Source: a virus (lineage: Duplodnaviria; Caudoviricetes). From it: a DNA stretch of 64,000 nucleotides. The stretch lies in the IMG/VR virus record IMGVR_UViG_3300037721_000031, positions 128,001 to 192,000 of that record; one strand, given 5' to 3'. This document shows, one piece after another, positions 20,832 to 30,989 of the stretch. Under the pieces are notes generated by a model. That model saw nothing but the letters and a program-made list of their open reading frames with translations, was not told the origin of the DNA and did no database searches. The translations under genes were made by a program, and so were the position numbers. How positions within the stretch are numbered: position 1 is the stretch's first letter; each line of letters begins with the position of its first letter.

Positions 20832-23009
20832 TCAAGTCACATCATGAAAGTCGATAGAGATCTTGCTGTTGGTCAGTTCGGCCAGACCAGACACCTCGAG
20901 CACGCCCAGGACAGGCAGGTTCGTGATGTGCAGGAATGACGGCTGCACCGTCAGTTCCTTGCTGTTTGCGCCATTGCGATGCAGCGGCAGAACCAGCGTC
21001 AGTTCAGGCTTCCAAGCCATGTTACCGAATTGCAGAGGATTGGGAACACCAGAAGCAGCGCCTTCAGAAGTACCGAAGGTCACGAAGATCTTACCAGTGA
21101 CACGGATATCCAGCGTAGACACGACCTTAACATTGAAATGATCACCCAGCAGACGCGGGTCACCAGTAATGTTCAAGTAACGTGACAGAACCGGATCAGT
21201 AGCGATAATGACTGTCGGAGTTTGAGCAACGCCGCCATTCAGAGCATCAGCAGCAGCCTTGTAGCCGCTGTCACGGTACATGCGATAGACCAGCGAACGG
21301 ATGATCGACACCAGAGCACCTTGGATGTCTTGATCCTTTTCAGCTGACTTAATGCTATTCGTGATATCGGCCACATCCACAGAAATCAGTTCGAAGAACG
21401 GATCCACCAGGAAGCGAGCCACACCCAGAATTTCAGGAGAATCACCGATTGCATCGTTGTTATTCACATACGCTTGCAGCAGATCACGTGCACGCAGAAG
21501 TTCAGTCACAGCAGCGTTGCTGGTACGGATGCGAGTAGCAGTAATCAGAGCAGCCAGATCCGAAGCGTCGGTGTTGTCACCTTGGCCCAGAGGACGCGGC
21601 ACGGTAATCGGAGCCAGCAGGGGCACTGCGTAAGTCTGATTGAAAACGGTCACGTCCAGCAGTTGACCACGTTGACGACGGTTAGTGTTCGTACGACGAG
21701 CATCCAGATCGAAACCGACCAGGACAGCCGAACTAAATGCAGCAACGATAGCCGACACAGCGCTATCAGTCGGAGCATACTTAACACCGTCTTCATCAGT
21801 CACACTCACAACGCTAACGGCACCAGTCAGAAGTTCCGTATCAGCGGTTTCCATATTCACGGAACCATTGATCGTGACACCCAGACGCACAGTGTAGTTA
21901 CCAGAAGCAACACCAGCCAGAATGACAGAACTAGCACCGGTAACAAGCTTGGTGTCAGCGTCAATCTTCAACGAACTCGTGGTGAAGTTCAGTTGCATCA
22001 GACGGTAGTTACCTTGCACTGCGTGATTAAACGTAGCCAGGGGCAGATCAGCAGTCGTAAACTTGATGATTTCGTTGATATCCGGATTCGCGCCATTGGC
22101 ATCAAACAGATGCATGTACACAGCGCCCAGACGAACAGCGGTATCGATAGCATCAGTACTATCTTGTTGGCCAGTAGCCAGCAACGAAGCTGATTGCGAA
22201 ATACCCAGCAGCGAGAACTTCTTAGCGAAGGCCAGAGCCGACGTCGTCAGAGATTCGTCACCCAGCAACACAGTACGCGGCGTCAGAAGAGTGGAACTCA
22301 CGAAGTTAGCAGCAGAACCGACAGCGTGAATAGGAACAATCTTCGTCAGATCATTTTGCAGGATCGAAGGATCGCGCAGAGCGTGAATGATATTGCGACG
22401 ACGGAACTGGTCAAGAGCACCAGTAGCCAGACGACGAACTTCATTGTACACTTGCACCAGATGCACAGACACAGTGTAACCGACTTGATCGGGAGTCACG
22501 GTGACGGTAGGATACAGAGCTTCACCGAACTCATCTTGACGAGCGGCTTGCATGTTGTACGCAACAGAATACACTGCAGCGTTCTTGTTTTCCTTCTCGT
22601 CGTAAGCTTCCATAGCTTGCGACAGACGGTTAACACCACTGGAGGTACCAATGTAACGGTCACCTTCAGTCGACGTCGGCATCGGCTTCGCAGTACGCAT
22701 CCACGAGCTGATATCACCAGACATCACGCCAGCCACCAAACCGGCTTCTTGAGAAGACACAGAAACTTGTTCCATGCCCATCGACTTACCGGATTGCATA
22801 ATCAAGTTCAGAGCGTTTTGCAAACGATCAATTGAATTATGCAGATGGCTAACGTGGGTATCAGACATGCTTTCCATAGCCACTGCGGCGCGGGAAAGAC
22901 TAGCATCAACAAACGAACCGCCGCCATTGGCGTTAACGTCACGCTTGAGTTGTTCCACCAGCTGACCGAGGCCAGTAGTGGGCTTTTGCTTTTGAAACAT
23001 ATTCTTCAT
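20832..23009 (-). CDS. Major capsid protein (phiKZ gp120-like)
   Basis: ~725 aa; AME/GME cleavage motifs in the N-terminal propeptide; ARQDEFGEALYPTV and GNMAWKPEL; strongly biased, higher-GC codons. Confidence 0.9.
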   Translation of the reverse strand: MKNMFQKQKPTTGLGQLVEQLKRDVNANGGGSFVDASLSRAAVAMESMSDTHVSHLHNSIDRLQNALNLIMQSGKSMGMEQVSVSSQEAGLVAGVMSGDISSWMRTAKPMPTSTEGDRYIGTSSGVNRLSQAMEAYDEKENKNAAVYSVAYNMQAARQDEFGEALYPTVTVTPDQVGYTVSVHLVQVYNEVRRLATGALDQFRRRNIIHALRDPSILQNDLTKIVPIHAVGSAANFVSSTLLTPRTVLLGDESLTTSALAFAKKFSLLGISQSASLLATGQQDSTDAIDTAVRLGAVYMHLFDANGANPDINEIIKFTTADLPLATFNHAVQGNYRLMQLNFTTSSLKIDADTKLVTGASSVILAGVASGNYTVRLGVTINGSVNMETADTELLTGAVSVVSVTDEDGVKYAPTDSAVSAIVAAFSSAVLVGFDLDARRTNTNRRQRGQLLDVTVFNQTYAVPLLAPITVPRPLGQGDNTDASDLAALITATRIRTSNAAVTELLRARDLLQAYVNNNDAIGDSPEILGVARFLVDPFFELISVDVADITNSIKSAEKDQDIQGALVSIIRSLVYRMYRDSGYKAAADALNGGVAQTPTVIIATDPVLSRYLNITGDPRLLGDHFNVKVVSTLDIRVTGKIFVTFGTSEGAASGVPNPLQFGNMAWKPELTLVLPLHRNGANSKELTVQPSFLHITNLPVLGVLEVSGLAELTNSKISIDFHDVT

Positions 23010-23088
23010 GATTAAGACTTTCCTATTTTCCAGAGAAAGAGATTTTGTTGGGACACGCAAACAAAAAAAGATGTTTTATTGCAGACTA

Positions 23089-23640
23089 TTATTCCTGCGA
23101 TAAAAGCTCGAGATACCTGAGATACAACCCGGAAGCTGTAACAGGAGTGCGCTTTTCGTACACATACAATTGCTTCAGTATGTCACGAATAACCGACAGA
23201 TGATGATCGTTCGCCTTAGTGCCCGCGAAAGCACCAGGTGAAATCACCACGCCGATAGCGAGGTCAGCCAAAGGCACTACCTCGAATGGTGGTTGTCCAC
23301 TCAGATTATTAGTCTCAGTAAACAGTAAAGAATGTACGGTATCTCGTTGAAATTTATCTTTAGATAATGGTTCTATTTGTGTATTGATATAAACTTTATC
23401 CACATCATTAGCAGTAGAATACCATTCATAAAGAATAGATTGATTTTCTTTAATACCAATAACTTCTTTGAAGTACGATTGCGCAGCTTCAATGCTGAGC
23501 AAATCATTCATAGAAAGGATAGATTTAATCTTGTTAAACACAAGTAAATCTGATAGTTGCATTTGATGACGTTTTAGTGTGGCTGCAATCCAATTAGGAA
23601 TTACATACACACACTGGTGCATCGGGCTGAATCGGTACAT
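23089..23640 (-). CDS. Virion/head protein upstream of capsid (gp119-like)
   Basis: 183 aa; synteny. Confidence 0.55.
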   Translation of the reverse strand: MYRFSPMHQCVYVIPNWIAATLKRHQMQLSDLLVFNKIKSILSMNDLLSIEAAQSYFKEVIGIKENQSILYEWYSTANDVDKVYINTQIEPLSKDKFQRDTVHSLLFTETNNLSGQPPFEVVPLADLAIGVVISPGAFAGTKANDHHLSVIRDILKQLYVYEKRTPVTASGLYLRYLELLSQE

Positions 23641-23802
23641 AATGTTTGTTCCCGGTTTATAATAACCAATGTATGGTCCACTACATTATTTATAACTATT
23701 ATTGTAAGTGCTGTTGTTTTTTATAGGATCGTTAAATGTTTTGTCATAGGAAATGTAGTTACATTATTTTCCTTAAAGAATTTTTTCTAAAAGAAATACC
23801 TC

Positions 23803-25353
23803 ATGAACGACAAAAAACTTATCCTAGTGAAATGTGTTACGTTACTATTTCGTGAGAGTCAGCTACCTAACATTACTGATAATTCTACTGATCTTGTAAA
23901 GACAATTATCAGTAATGTGGCATTGCCAGAAGTTAGTGTTGGGTTAGTTAATACAGAACGCGACTTACTTGGTGGGCTTAAAGAAATCTGCATGGAGATG
24001 TGTAGTTTCGATGCAAGTCATCAATATTCTAAAACAGAATTGCTCCAAAGAATCCGTCACGTTACTCGTGATGAAGAGTCTTTATATACTTCTTTTTCTG
24101 AAGGAATAGAAGTTGACTTAGACGAAAATGAGTTAAAGAAATTCTGTATCAATTTACGTTTCTCACTTAACGATCATCAACGTGAAGAAAAAGTAACTCA
24201 AATAATTTCAGCAGCAGCTAGAAAGATTCGTTTTGAGAGAGACAAGATTACAAGTATTTCTCAATTTGTTGCAGAAGTGCAAATTGAACTTGAGCCATAT
24301 TTAAACACCACTAAGACTATAGATCCAGCTATTGTAAATTCAATAGACTTAGGAGATTCAAAGTCTATTGAAAAAGTGTTGGGTCAAGCACGAGAACTTA
24401 ATGACGATAAAGGTATCATGAAGTTTGGATGGCAAGCTTTGAACAGAATGACACAAGGCGGTTTACGACGTGGCGAGTGTGTTGTAATTGGAGCTTTGCA
24501 ACATAACTTCAAGACAGGTATGACATTATCTTTATTCAAGCATATCGCTCTATACAATAAACCGTACATGCTTAATCCGAATAAGAAACCTCTTCTTCTT
24601 CGTATCTCTTTTGAAGATCCTCTAAGTCTAAATCTACCGTTTCTATATAGAAACATTTATGAGAATAAGACTGGTAAGTTAGCTGATATAAATGGAAAGT
24701 CACTTGAAGAGCTTTCTGAGTATATTACTAACGAGCTGACTGTAAACGGATACCACATCAAGATGATGCATGTGAATCCGTCACTATGGACATACCGAGA
24801 TCTCTGTAATAAGATTCTAGAGTTAGAGGCTGAAGGGTACGAGATACATCTGTGCATGTTGGATTATCTTCCAATGTTACCTACAACAGGATGTATGGAA
24901 GGAGGACCAATTGGTTCACCGATGCGTGACATGTACCGTCGTACAAGAAATTTCTTTTCATCTAGAAAGATATCTCTCATTACACCTCATCAGTTATCAA
25001 CTGAAGCAAAGATGCTTATCCGAAATGGCATGGATGAAAACTTTGTAAAAGAGATTGCTAATAAAGGTTATTACGATGGTTGTAGAACAGTGGATCAGGA
25101 AGTTGACCTTGAGTTGTACATCCATAAAGTTATTGTGAACGGTAAGTCGTATCTAACTATTCAACGTGGTAAGCATAGAGTTGTTATTCAGACACCAGAA
25201 GAACACAAATTTTGTGTTCTACCATTTGAAGATGTTGGTGATATTCGTGATGATATAAACGGACCTGATACATCGACTAAACGGCCAGGTGCTGTAAAGT
25301 TGAGTGATGGATCTGAGAAAGCTGCCTTTTTTCAATTTAACGACGCTGCGTGA
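23803..25353 (+). CDS. dnaB: DnaB-like replicative helicase (phiKZ gp118-like)
   Basis: FGWQALNRMTQGGLRRGE, Walker A-like GALQHNFKT, MLDYL, PHQLS, IQRGKHR. Confidence 0.85.
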   Translation: MNDKKLILVKCVTLLFRESQLPNITDNSTDLVKTIISNVALPEVSVGLVNTERDLLGGLKEICMEMCSFDASHQYSKTELLQRIRHVTRDEESLYTSFSEGIEVDLDENELKKFCINLRFSLNDHQREEKVTQIISAAARKIRFERDKITSISQFVAEVQIELEPYLNTTKTIDPAIVNSIDLGDSKSIEKVLGQARELNDDKGIMKFGWQALNRMTQGGLRRGECVVIGALQHNFKTGMTLSLFKHIALYNKPYMLNPNKKPLLLRISFEDPLSLNLPFLYRNIYENKTGKLADINGKSLEELSEYITNELTVNGYHIKMMHVNPSLWTYRDLCNKILELEAEGYEIHLCMLDYLPMLPTTGCMEGGPIGSPMRDMYRRTRNFFSSRKISLITPHQLSTEAKMLIRNGMDENFVKEIANKGYYDGCRTVDQEVDLELYIHKVIVNGKSYLTIQRGKHRVVIQTPEEHKFCVLPFEDVGDIRDDINGPDTSTKRPGAVKLSDGSEKAAFFQFNDAA

Positions 25354-25414
25354 TTGACATTAGTACTAAGTATAAATCATATGTCGTATTTTACTTAACA
25401 TGTGAGTAGTTAAA

Positions 25415-26164
25415 ATGTCTAGAAAAGAAATAGAAGAATATCTTAACAGAATTCCAAATAGTGTCGTTAGATCATGTAATGTAGAGTCTTTGGAAGAGTC
25501 AGCTATTCCTCAGATTCTACATATTTCCATGAATACTAATTTGAAAGAAATGGTACCAAGGATTTCTACCAGGCAGATGAGTAGAGAAGATCGCACTACG
25601 CCTAGAATTGTAGGTGCACCAACTCTATACGGTTGTATGCTCGGATACTCAACTATTGTAGATGACTACATGGGTAACGCTTCACGTACTGCTGAGAATA
25701 AAGCAGACTGGAAAAACGGTTATCGTATTTACAAGATACCGTATGAATTCTGTTTGAAGCCTGATAAGACATTAGTACCTGATGCTAAGCAAAGTGATGA
25801 GACATGGCTTGTTAATTACAATGAAGGTACTCGTACTTATAAGCCTATTCCAGCAGGCCGTGTTTTTTGTACTAAGTTTACATTTATTCCTCGCATTGGT
25901 GAGCTACCTCAATATGAAGCCACTATCTATGTAGATGTAGTTCTTGATGAAGGTTTATGGTTTTCTAAGAATTATAGATTAGGTAAAGGTTACTGGAAGA
26001 TCGAAGCACCTGTTTGTGATTCTGATAATTTTAAGAATCTTTCATGGGATAGTGATAACGATCTTACAGTTGATGAAATTAAAGCATCAGATTTTTTTAG
26101 TGCTAAACGTTCAGTAGCTGATTTACTATCAATTAAGGATGCTCCTCCTTTTTTGAGTTGGTAG
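25415..26164 (+). CDS. Probable head (virion) protein processed by the prohead protease
   Basis: N-terminal SLEES motif; HISMN...PR motif typical of phiKZ-like head proteins. Confidence 0.5.
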   Translation: MSRKEIEEYLNRIPNSVVRSCNVESLEESAIPQILHISMNTNLKEMVPRISTRQMSREDRTTPRIVGAPTLYGCMLGYSTIVDDYMGNASRTAENKADWKNGYRIYKIPYEFCLKPDKTLVPDAKQSDETWLVNYNEGTRTYKPIPAGRVFCTKFTFIPRIGELPQYEATIYVDVVLDEGLWFSKNYRLGKGYWKIEAPVCDSDNFKNLSWDSDNDLTVDEIKASDFFSAKRSVADLLSIKDAPPFLSW

Positions 26165-26185
26165 TTCAAAAAAAAAAGAATAAGA

Positions 26186-26223
26186 CATAAAACCCGGAAC
26201 CTATTATGGTTCCGGGTTTTATG
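26186..26223. terminator. Bidirectional terminator
   Basis: cataaaacccggaacc-tattat-ggttccgggttttatg. Confidence 0.8.
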
Positions 26224-26235
26224 CAGTCAATTTTC

Positions 26236-26829
26236 TTACAAAGGTTTACGCCACCCAAGAATATCTGTCATTGCGAATGTTCTACGATCATCACGAATAT
26301 GACAATATGCATCAATAAGCCACTGATGATCAGGATGATGCTTACTAGTACCATAACGCGGCGGCCATCTCATTGTGATAAGACGCCATTCCCTTTTCCC
26401 AGCATAATTCACATAATCGATTTCAACAGCACCAGAAGAAGCGCACAGCATTACCATAGTAGCTAGGTGCGTGACCTGTCTTCTACTATTATCGTTATCA
26501 ACATAAAAAGTTTCAAGAGAATGATGCCACCACTTCGGTCTTTTATCGTTCGGCATCAAACTCAGTAGCTTTAGTAACTTAATAATAAAGCTGCTTAAAT
26601 GTTCAATAGCAATGTTAATTGTTCCTGATTGCTTTACTTTACCGCGCGGATCAGTAAACACGGCACATATTTTAAACACAGCCTGCGTAATGTCAATACG
26701 CGGTGAGATGATTGGAATAGCTACAGCCATTACATTTTGCTCTGTACTCTTTACGTCACCGTCAATTCGTACACCGCACATATGTCTATTACCGACTGCA
26801 GATGAAACATAATACATTACTTTATTCAT
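26236..26829 (-). CDS. Protein with C-terminal WYL-like domain
   Basis: VEIDYVNYAGKREWRLI...WLIDAYCHIRDDRRTFAMTDI. Confidence 0.65.
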   Translation of the reverse strand: MNKVMYYVSSAVGNRHMCGVRIDGDVKSTEQNVMAVAIPIISPRIDITQAVFKICAVFTDPRGKVKQSGTINIAIEHLSSFIIKLLKLLSLMPNDKRPKWWHHSLETFYVDNDNSRRQVTHLATMVMLCASSGAVEIDYVNYAGKREWRLITMRWPPRYGTSKHHPDHQWLIDAYCHIRDDRRTFAMTDILGWRKPL

Positions 26830-26878
26830 AGCGGGACCTTACCTATTCATTTAAAAAAATAAATACATTAAAACAATG

Positions 26879-26910
26879 ACACTATAATGCGCAATTGCGC
26901 ATTATAGTGT
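26879..26910. terminator. Perfect 32-bp palindrome
   Basis: acactataatgcgcaattgcgcattatagtgt. Confidence 0.7.
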
Positions 26911-26927
26911 TTACTGGTAAATGGTTA

Positions 26928-27302
26928 TTACCATTCCATGACTTTAACATCTTTTTGTTCAGGTTCTTTTTGCTTGTCGAGTTGGTTCAGTAATGTACCA
27001 ATCTCGTTCCGACGGTAGATAATTTTCATGTAGACACAGACGTTTGTCATGCAGCCAGTGTTGGCCTTCTTAACCCACGCACTGTGTTGTCTGTCGTAGT
27101 TGTTTTTGAAGTCTTGGGTCAGTTTCTTGCTGTCGTAGACTTGACCAAGGAAATAGTCCATCTCCATCTGAGCGATCCGAAGCTGACCTGCATAACACTG
27201 ATCGACAGCATACGCATCACGTTGCATGTCACAAGCGAGGTTCTGCGCTGAAGAAGAAATTGACAGTATGCTCAGGAAGATGAATGCAATAAGCTTTTTC
27301 AT
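26928..27302 (-). CDS. Secreted LprI/DUF1311-like (lysozyme inhibitor-like) protein
   Basis: Signal peptide; C...C...Q.AW...C....C...R pattern. Confidence 0.55.
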   Translation of the reverse strand: MKKLIAFIFLSILSISSSAQNLACDMQRDAYAVDQCYAGQLRIAQMEMDYFLGQVYDSKKLTQDFKNNYDRQHSAWVKKANTGCMTNVCVYMKIIYRRNEIGTLLNQLDKQKEPEQKDVKVMEW

Positions 27303-27333
27303 GATGAAACTTTCTAGAGGATGTTGAACGATA

Positions 27334-27376
27334 CGGCATACAAGGCTATGGGATTAGTCCATAGCCTTGTATGCCG
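27334..27376. terminator. Terminator hairpin
   Basis: cggcatacaaggctatgg...ccatagccttgtatgccg. Confidence 0.75.
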
Positions 27377-27402
27377 CGATTGATTATCTCTAACGAGAAC
27401 TA

Positions 27403-27765
27403 TTAAACTTCAGCCAGCTGGAGATGCTTGTAGTCACAGACGCCATTTCGGTCAAGACCCTGTGTATCACATCCGAAGATGTCATAGCCTTCACGGTCGA
27501 AACCATGCACGTCACGACCGTCGACGTTGTAACCGTCATGAGGTGAATTCATGAAGTCAACCAATTCGGCATTGGTGCGATCTTTGTGATTCAACCAGTC
27601 CAGCTGCGCTTCCGTCAATTCGAAACGCTCCAGTACGGTGTTGCGATGGAATCGAGTATTAACTGTAGATAGACCCAGAGCGTATACTGCAGTCTCAAAG
27701 AAACTGCTTTCAGAAGCAGCCATGTACGAAATGATGCGCTCAAAACGTTCAGTATCAAATACCAT
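27403..27765 (-). CDS. Hypothetical protein with C-terminal (D/G)xxG(Y/F)D short repeats
   Basis: DGYNVDGRDVHGFDREGYDIFGCDTQGLDRNG. Confidence 0.6.
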   Translation of the reverse strand: MVFDTERFERIISYMAASESSFFETAVYALGLSTVNTRFHRNTVLERFELTEAQLDWLNHKDRTNAELVDFMNSPHDGYNVDGRDVHGFDREGYDIFGCDTQGLDRNGVCDYKHLQLAEV

Positions 27766-27912
27766 AAGGTTCTCCAATTGAGTGAATCGGTTTGAGAAAA
27801 CTATCAGATAAAATCTAGAAAATCTCATTTGATAGTAAAGTAACTTACAGAGTCGTGCTAAGTGGCACGACTCTGTAGTTACACTGACCTACACTGATTT
27901 CTTATTTTTTTT

Positions 27913-29316
27913 TTACTTACTCTGCAAAGCATTCTTCAGCTTGTCAGCAAAAGCCGACTTCACTTCATCACCCACCGTGTACGACTTCCGCTGCTTGTTG
28001 TTATTGGGAAGAGGATCACCCAGAGCAGCATGGACATCACCACGTTGGACATGCTCTTTTACAGCATTCACTACAGCAGCTGTATCGAAAGTCACCAGAG
28101 TACCAGCACCGGATGACGCAACAGGACTGTCATCCATGTACTGAATACTCGGAGTCATTCCACGCGCAAACTTTTCACCGTGACCAGCATTACCATTGGA
28201 CTTACCACGGCCACCTTTCGCTTTTGACGAAGGCGCACGCGTGCTATCGCTAAGCTCATTGGCATTAGTGAACTTATCACCGCTAGTATCAAACTTACCG
28301 TCTTGGAAACGAGGCTTGCGCTCAACCTTAACCTTACCACGACCATCAGGGACGTTGTTGGCCACAACACCAATCGAATCCATTTCAGCGAGCAAAGTCT
28401 GCTTGAGACGAGTAGCTGTATCAAGCAACGCCGTCAGGTCTTGCTTCAGATTTTCGTACGAGTTACTGGGTTCGATCTTCGACTGTTCCTTGACCACCGG
28501 CTTACGGGTACTGTTGTTATATACCCGAGCGCTACGAGTTGCGGTGTTGTTTTGAATTGCTTGGTAAGGCACCCGAAGAGTTCCGGCGATACCGACCGGA
28601 ATCTTTCCAGTCAGACGAACCTTCAACACCTTCTCACCGAATTGAGCAGCCATCGTCACCAGACCACTGGCTTGATCGATTTCGTTCTTCAGCACCGACC
28701 CAGACACCAGGATGCTCTGGAAAGTAGCAGACAGTTGATTCTTCCTCTCAGCACTCATTGCGGAATACGTGCCACCCAGAACACGAGCAAGTCCATCACC
28801 AAGATCCAACACCTTTTCATAACCAAACTCAGGAAACTCACCCATCAGGGCAGTCATGAAAGTTGCTGCGCGGCTAGTATCGGCCGGATCCTTGTAACGA
28901 CAGATGCTTTCCGGCTTGTTACCGTCGTTCGAGAGGGCCATGATGACACCATGCAACACCGCCAATACCATGTGATCCCACACCGGCACAGACACTTGGG
29001 GAGTCTTGTACAGCACGTCAAAGGTACCATTGACATGAGTAGACACACGCACCAGGCCAGTTGAATCTTCCCAGATTTCACTCTGAGAAACTGGCTTACG
29101 CGGGGTCTTTTCCTTGACCGGGTTCACCAGCTCATCAGTCACCGTGTTACTGAGATCGATAACTGCACTGGCTTGGTGAGTACTGGCTGAAGTATCCGAC
29201 GTCAGGCCAGGGATGCTGTTTGCTGCCGCTTCTGCTTGAACATAGGAACCGGGACGTTCAGAAAGAACTTCACAAAGTGTGACGTCAGAAACAACAGAGT
29301 TAGAATCGTTCGACAT
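27913..29316 (-). CDS. Hypothetical, probably highly expressed protein
   Basis: Higher-GC codon usage like the capsid gene; start adjusted to Met27 (GGAT upstream). Confidence 0.7.
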   Translation of the reverse strand: MSNDSNSVVSDVTLCEVLSERPGSYVQAEAAANSIPGLTSDTSASTHQASAVIDLSNTVTDELVNPVKEKTPRKPVSQSEIWEDSTGLVRVSTHVNGTFDVLYKTPQVSVPVWDHMVLAVLHGVIMALSNDGNKPESICRYKDPADTSRAATFMTALMGEFPEFGYEKVLDLGDGLARVLGGTYSAMSAERKNQLSATFQSILVSGSVLKNEIDQASGLVTMAAQFGEKVLKVRLTGKIPVGIAGTLRVPYQAIQNNTATRSARVYNNSTRKPVVKEQSKIEPSNSYENLKQDLTALLDTATRLKQTLLAEMDSIGVVANNVPDGRGKVKVERKPRFQDGKFDTSGDKFTNANELSDSTRAPSSKAKGGRGKSNGNAGHGEKFARGMTPSIQYMDDSPVASSGAGTLVTFDTAAVVNAVKEHVQRGDVHAALGDPLPNNNKQRKSYTVGDEVKSAFADKLKNALQSK

Positions 29317-29448
29317 GGTAAATCCTTTTAGGGAGAGTTGGTTGGTTTGGTGGGTTACACGATAACTAGTCAACCATAACTTGTTAACGTGCATTTTTCT
29401 CTTGATAAGAATAATGCTTTACTATTACTCTATCTAGAGAGAATTTCT

Positions 29449-29856
29449 TTAGTAGACTCCATTTATCACGGAAATCAAAACTGGACTACCGCTGGCCACG
29501 CTTCGAATTGTAAGAACGTACGTCGAAGTTGTTTCAATAGCTCCAAAGTATGTCAGTTGTACAATGAAGTGTTTTGACTTTGTCTTATGGCTCAGATACT
29601 CGTGACAACCTGTCAGTGCTGCAGTAAATCCAATCAGACACTCACTGAACTCTTCAGAGATAGCGCTGGTGGGATTGGCTGACCTCACTAACCGAGTACG
29701 AGCCAATCGCTTCTCGATTGTGTGGAACAAAGATGAATCTGGAGAGGTGATCTGAATCATCTTTTCATCAACACCATTACCACCCAGAAACACAATGAGT
29801 GCGCTGAAGAGACCTCGCTTGTTGTATGTTTCCAAGGCGCATGCTAGTTTTGACAT
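29449..29856 (-). CDS. Hypothetical protein
   Basis: 135-aa ORF with AGGAT RBS. Confidence 0.65.
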   Translation of the reverse strand: MSKLACALETYNKRGLFSALIVFLGGNGVDEKMIQITSPDSSLFHTIEKRLARTRLVRSANPTSAISEEFSECLIGFTAALTGCHEYLSHKTKSKHFIVQLTYFGAIETTSTYVLTIRSVASGSPVLISVINGVY

Positions 29857-29868
29857 GATTTATCCTAT

Positions 29869-30096
29869 TTAGGAAAGATTGGGGTACGGATCGGAAGACA
29901 GTGATTCCAGCATATTCTTTATTTCTTGGATGTTTTCTTGACTGTATGCCGTCACACGGATATGACTATCAGTCTGCTCATCAGCCAACCACGTGATACC
30001 GGTGGCGCTGATGATTCCCCAGTTTTCACTGGAGTTTACTACATCGACAGAAAAGGGCTTCGATTTTTCAATACAGACTAATTGATCCATGATCAT
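29869..30096 (-). CDS. Hypothetical protein
   Basis: 75-aa ORF in the same operon. Confidence 0.55.
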   Translation of the reverse strand: MIMDQLVCIEKSKPFSVDVVNSSENWGIISATGITWLADEQTDSHIRVTAYSQENIQEIKNMLESLSSDPYPNLS

Positions 30097-30289
30097 TTCC
30101 CATTAATGGTTGATTGTGATAAAAAGAAAATATGTAACAGCAAGAATAAAAGCACATCCTGCCTCTATTTCAATTTTGTTATATGTATCTGAAATAAAAT
30201 ACAATTAAAAAATAATTACAGATTACATTAGGGCATAAAGAATCAAGACCTTCTAAAAGACCTTGATTCTTTATTCTAATTTATGTAAT

Positions 30290-30877
30290 TCAGGTACGTA
30301 GTGCTTTTTTCTTCATTTCAACCAGTAGTTTCTGACTAGCAAATTCTGAAGCATCACATTCAGTCCTAAGCATTAGAAGAATGTTCTCTGTATTACTAGA
30401 CAACTTCATTTTAGCTAATTGCATCATGTGGCTGTGTTTTACTTTTTCATTCTCTCTGAAAATAAACTGAACAAAGGTACCACGATCTGAGTTATCAAAG
30501 AAATGATGCGGAACAGAAATACTATCGACTATTTCAGACAAAGTGCAAGACAAGAGCTTGACAGCAGTCTTATTACTGCGAGACTGCAATGGATTACTTA
30601 CTTTGCTAGAAACTATTTTAATTTCTGAGTTAAATCCATAGTCGATGTTTCTTACTAGATTTGACAATGTATTCATAAATTGGAAGTTATATGTGTTCTT
30701 ATCCAACTTCAAACCATTGCGACACTTTAACCAATCTTTAGCACCCATCAATACTAGCTGAATCCATAGAGCATTGGCTGGATTCATGTACCAGTTATCA
30801 TCATTCCAAGCAATAGCCCCCTGTGTAATTACATACCTAGAACCATCTTGAGCCGGAAGTAGTTTTGAAATGATCAA
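30290..30877 (-). CDS. Hypothetical protein
   Basis: 195-aa ORF with GAGGA RBS. Confidence 0.65.
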   Translation of the reverse strand: MIISKLLPAQDGSRYVITQGAIAWNDDNWYMNPANALWIQLVLMGAKDWLKCRNGLKLDKNTYNFQFMNTLSNLVRNIDYGFNSEIKIVSSKVSNPLQSRSNKTAVKLLSCTLSEIVDSISVPHHFFDNSDRGTFVQFIFRENEKVKHSHMMQLAKMKLSSNTENILLMLRTECDASEFASQKLLVEMKKKALRT

Positions 30878-30947
30878 TTTATCCTCACTATGAGTCTGGT
30901 TACAATCACACTATTGCCATTTATAACATAAAAAAATTTTAACAGAA

Positions 30948-30976
30948 AAGAGGATGGGAGTTAATCCCATCCTCTT
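30948..30976 (-). terminator. Rho-independent terminator closing the 31-kb noncoding region
   Basis: aagaggatggga-gttaa-tcccatcctctt with a U-rich tail on the minus strand. Confidence 0.8.
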
Positions 30977-30989
30977 CCTGCCTACTACC

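Noticed and set aside
20863-22965. Several long plus-strand ORFs (up to 239 aa) opposite the capsid gene; similar shadows opposite the tail fibre (4834-6162) and 27913-29316
   Set aside because: Antisense shadows produced by strong codon bias; no RBS or protein motifs
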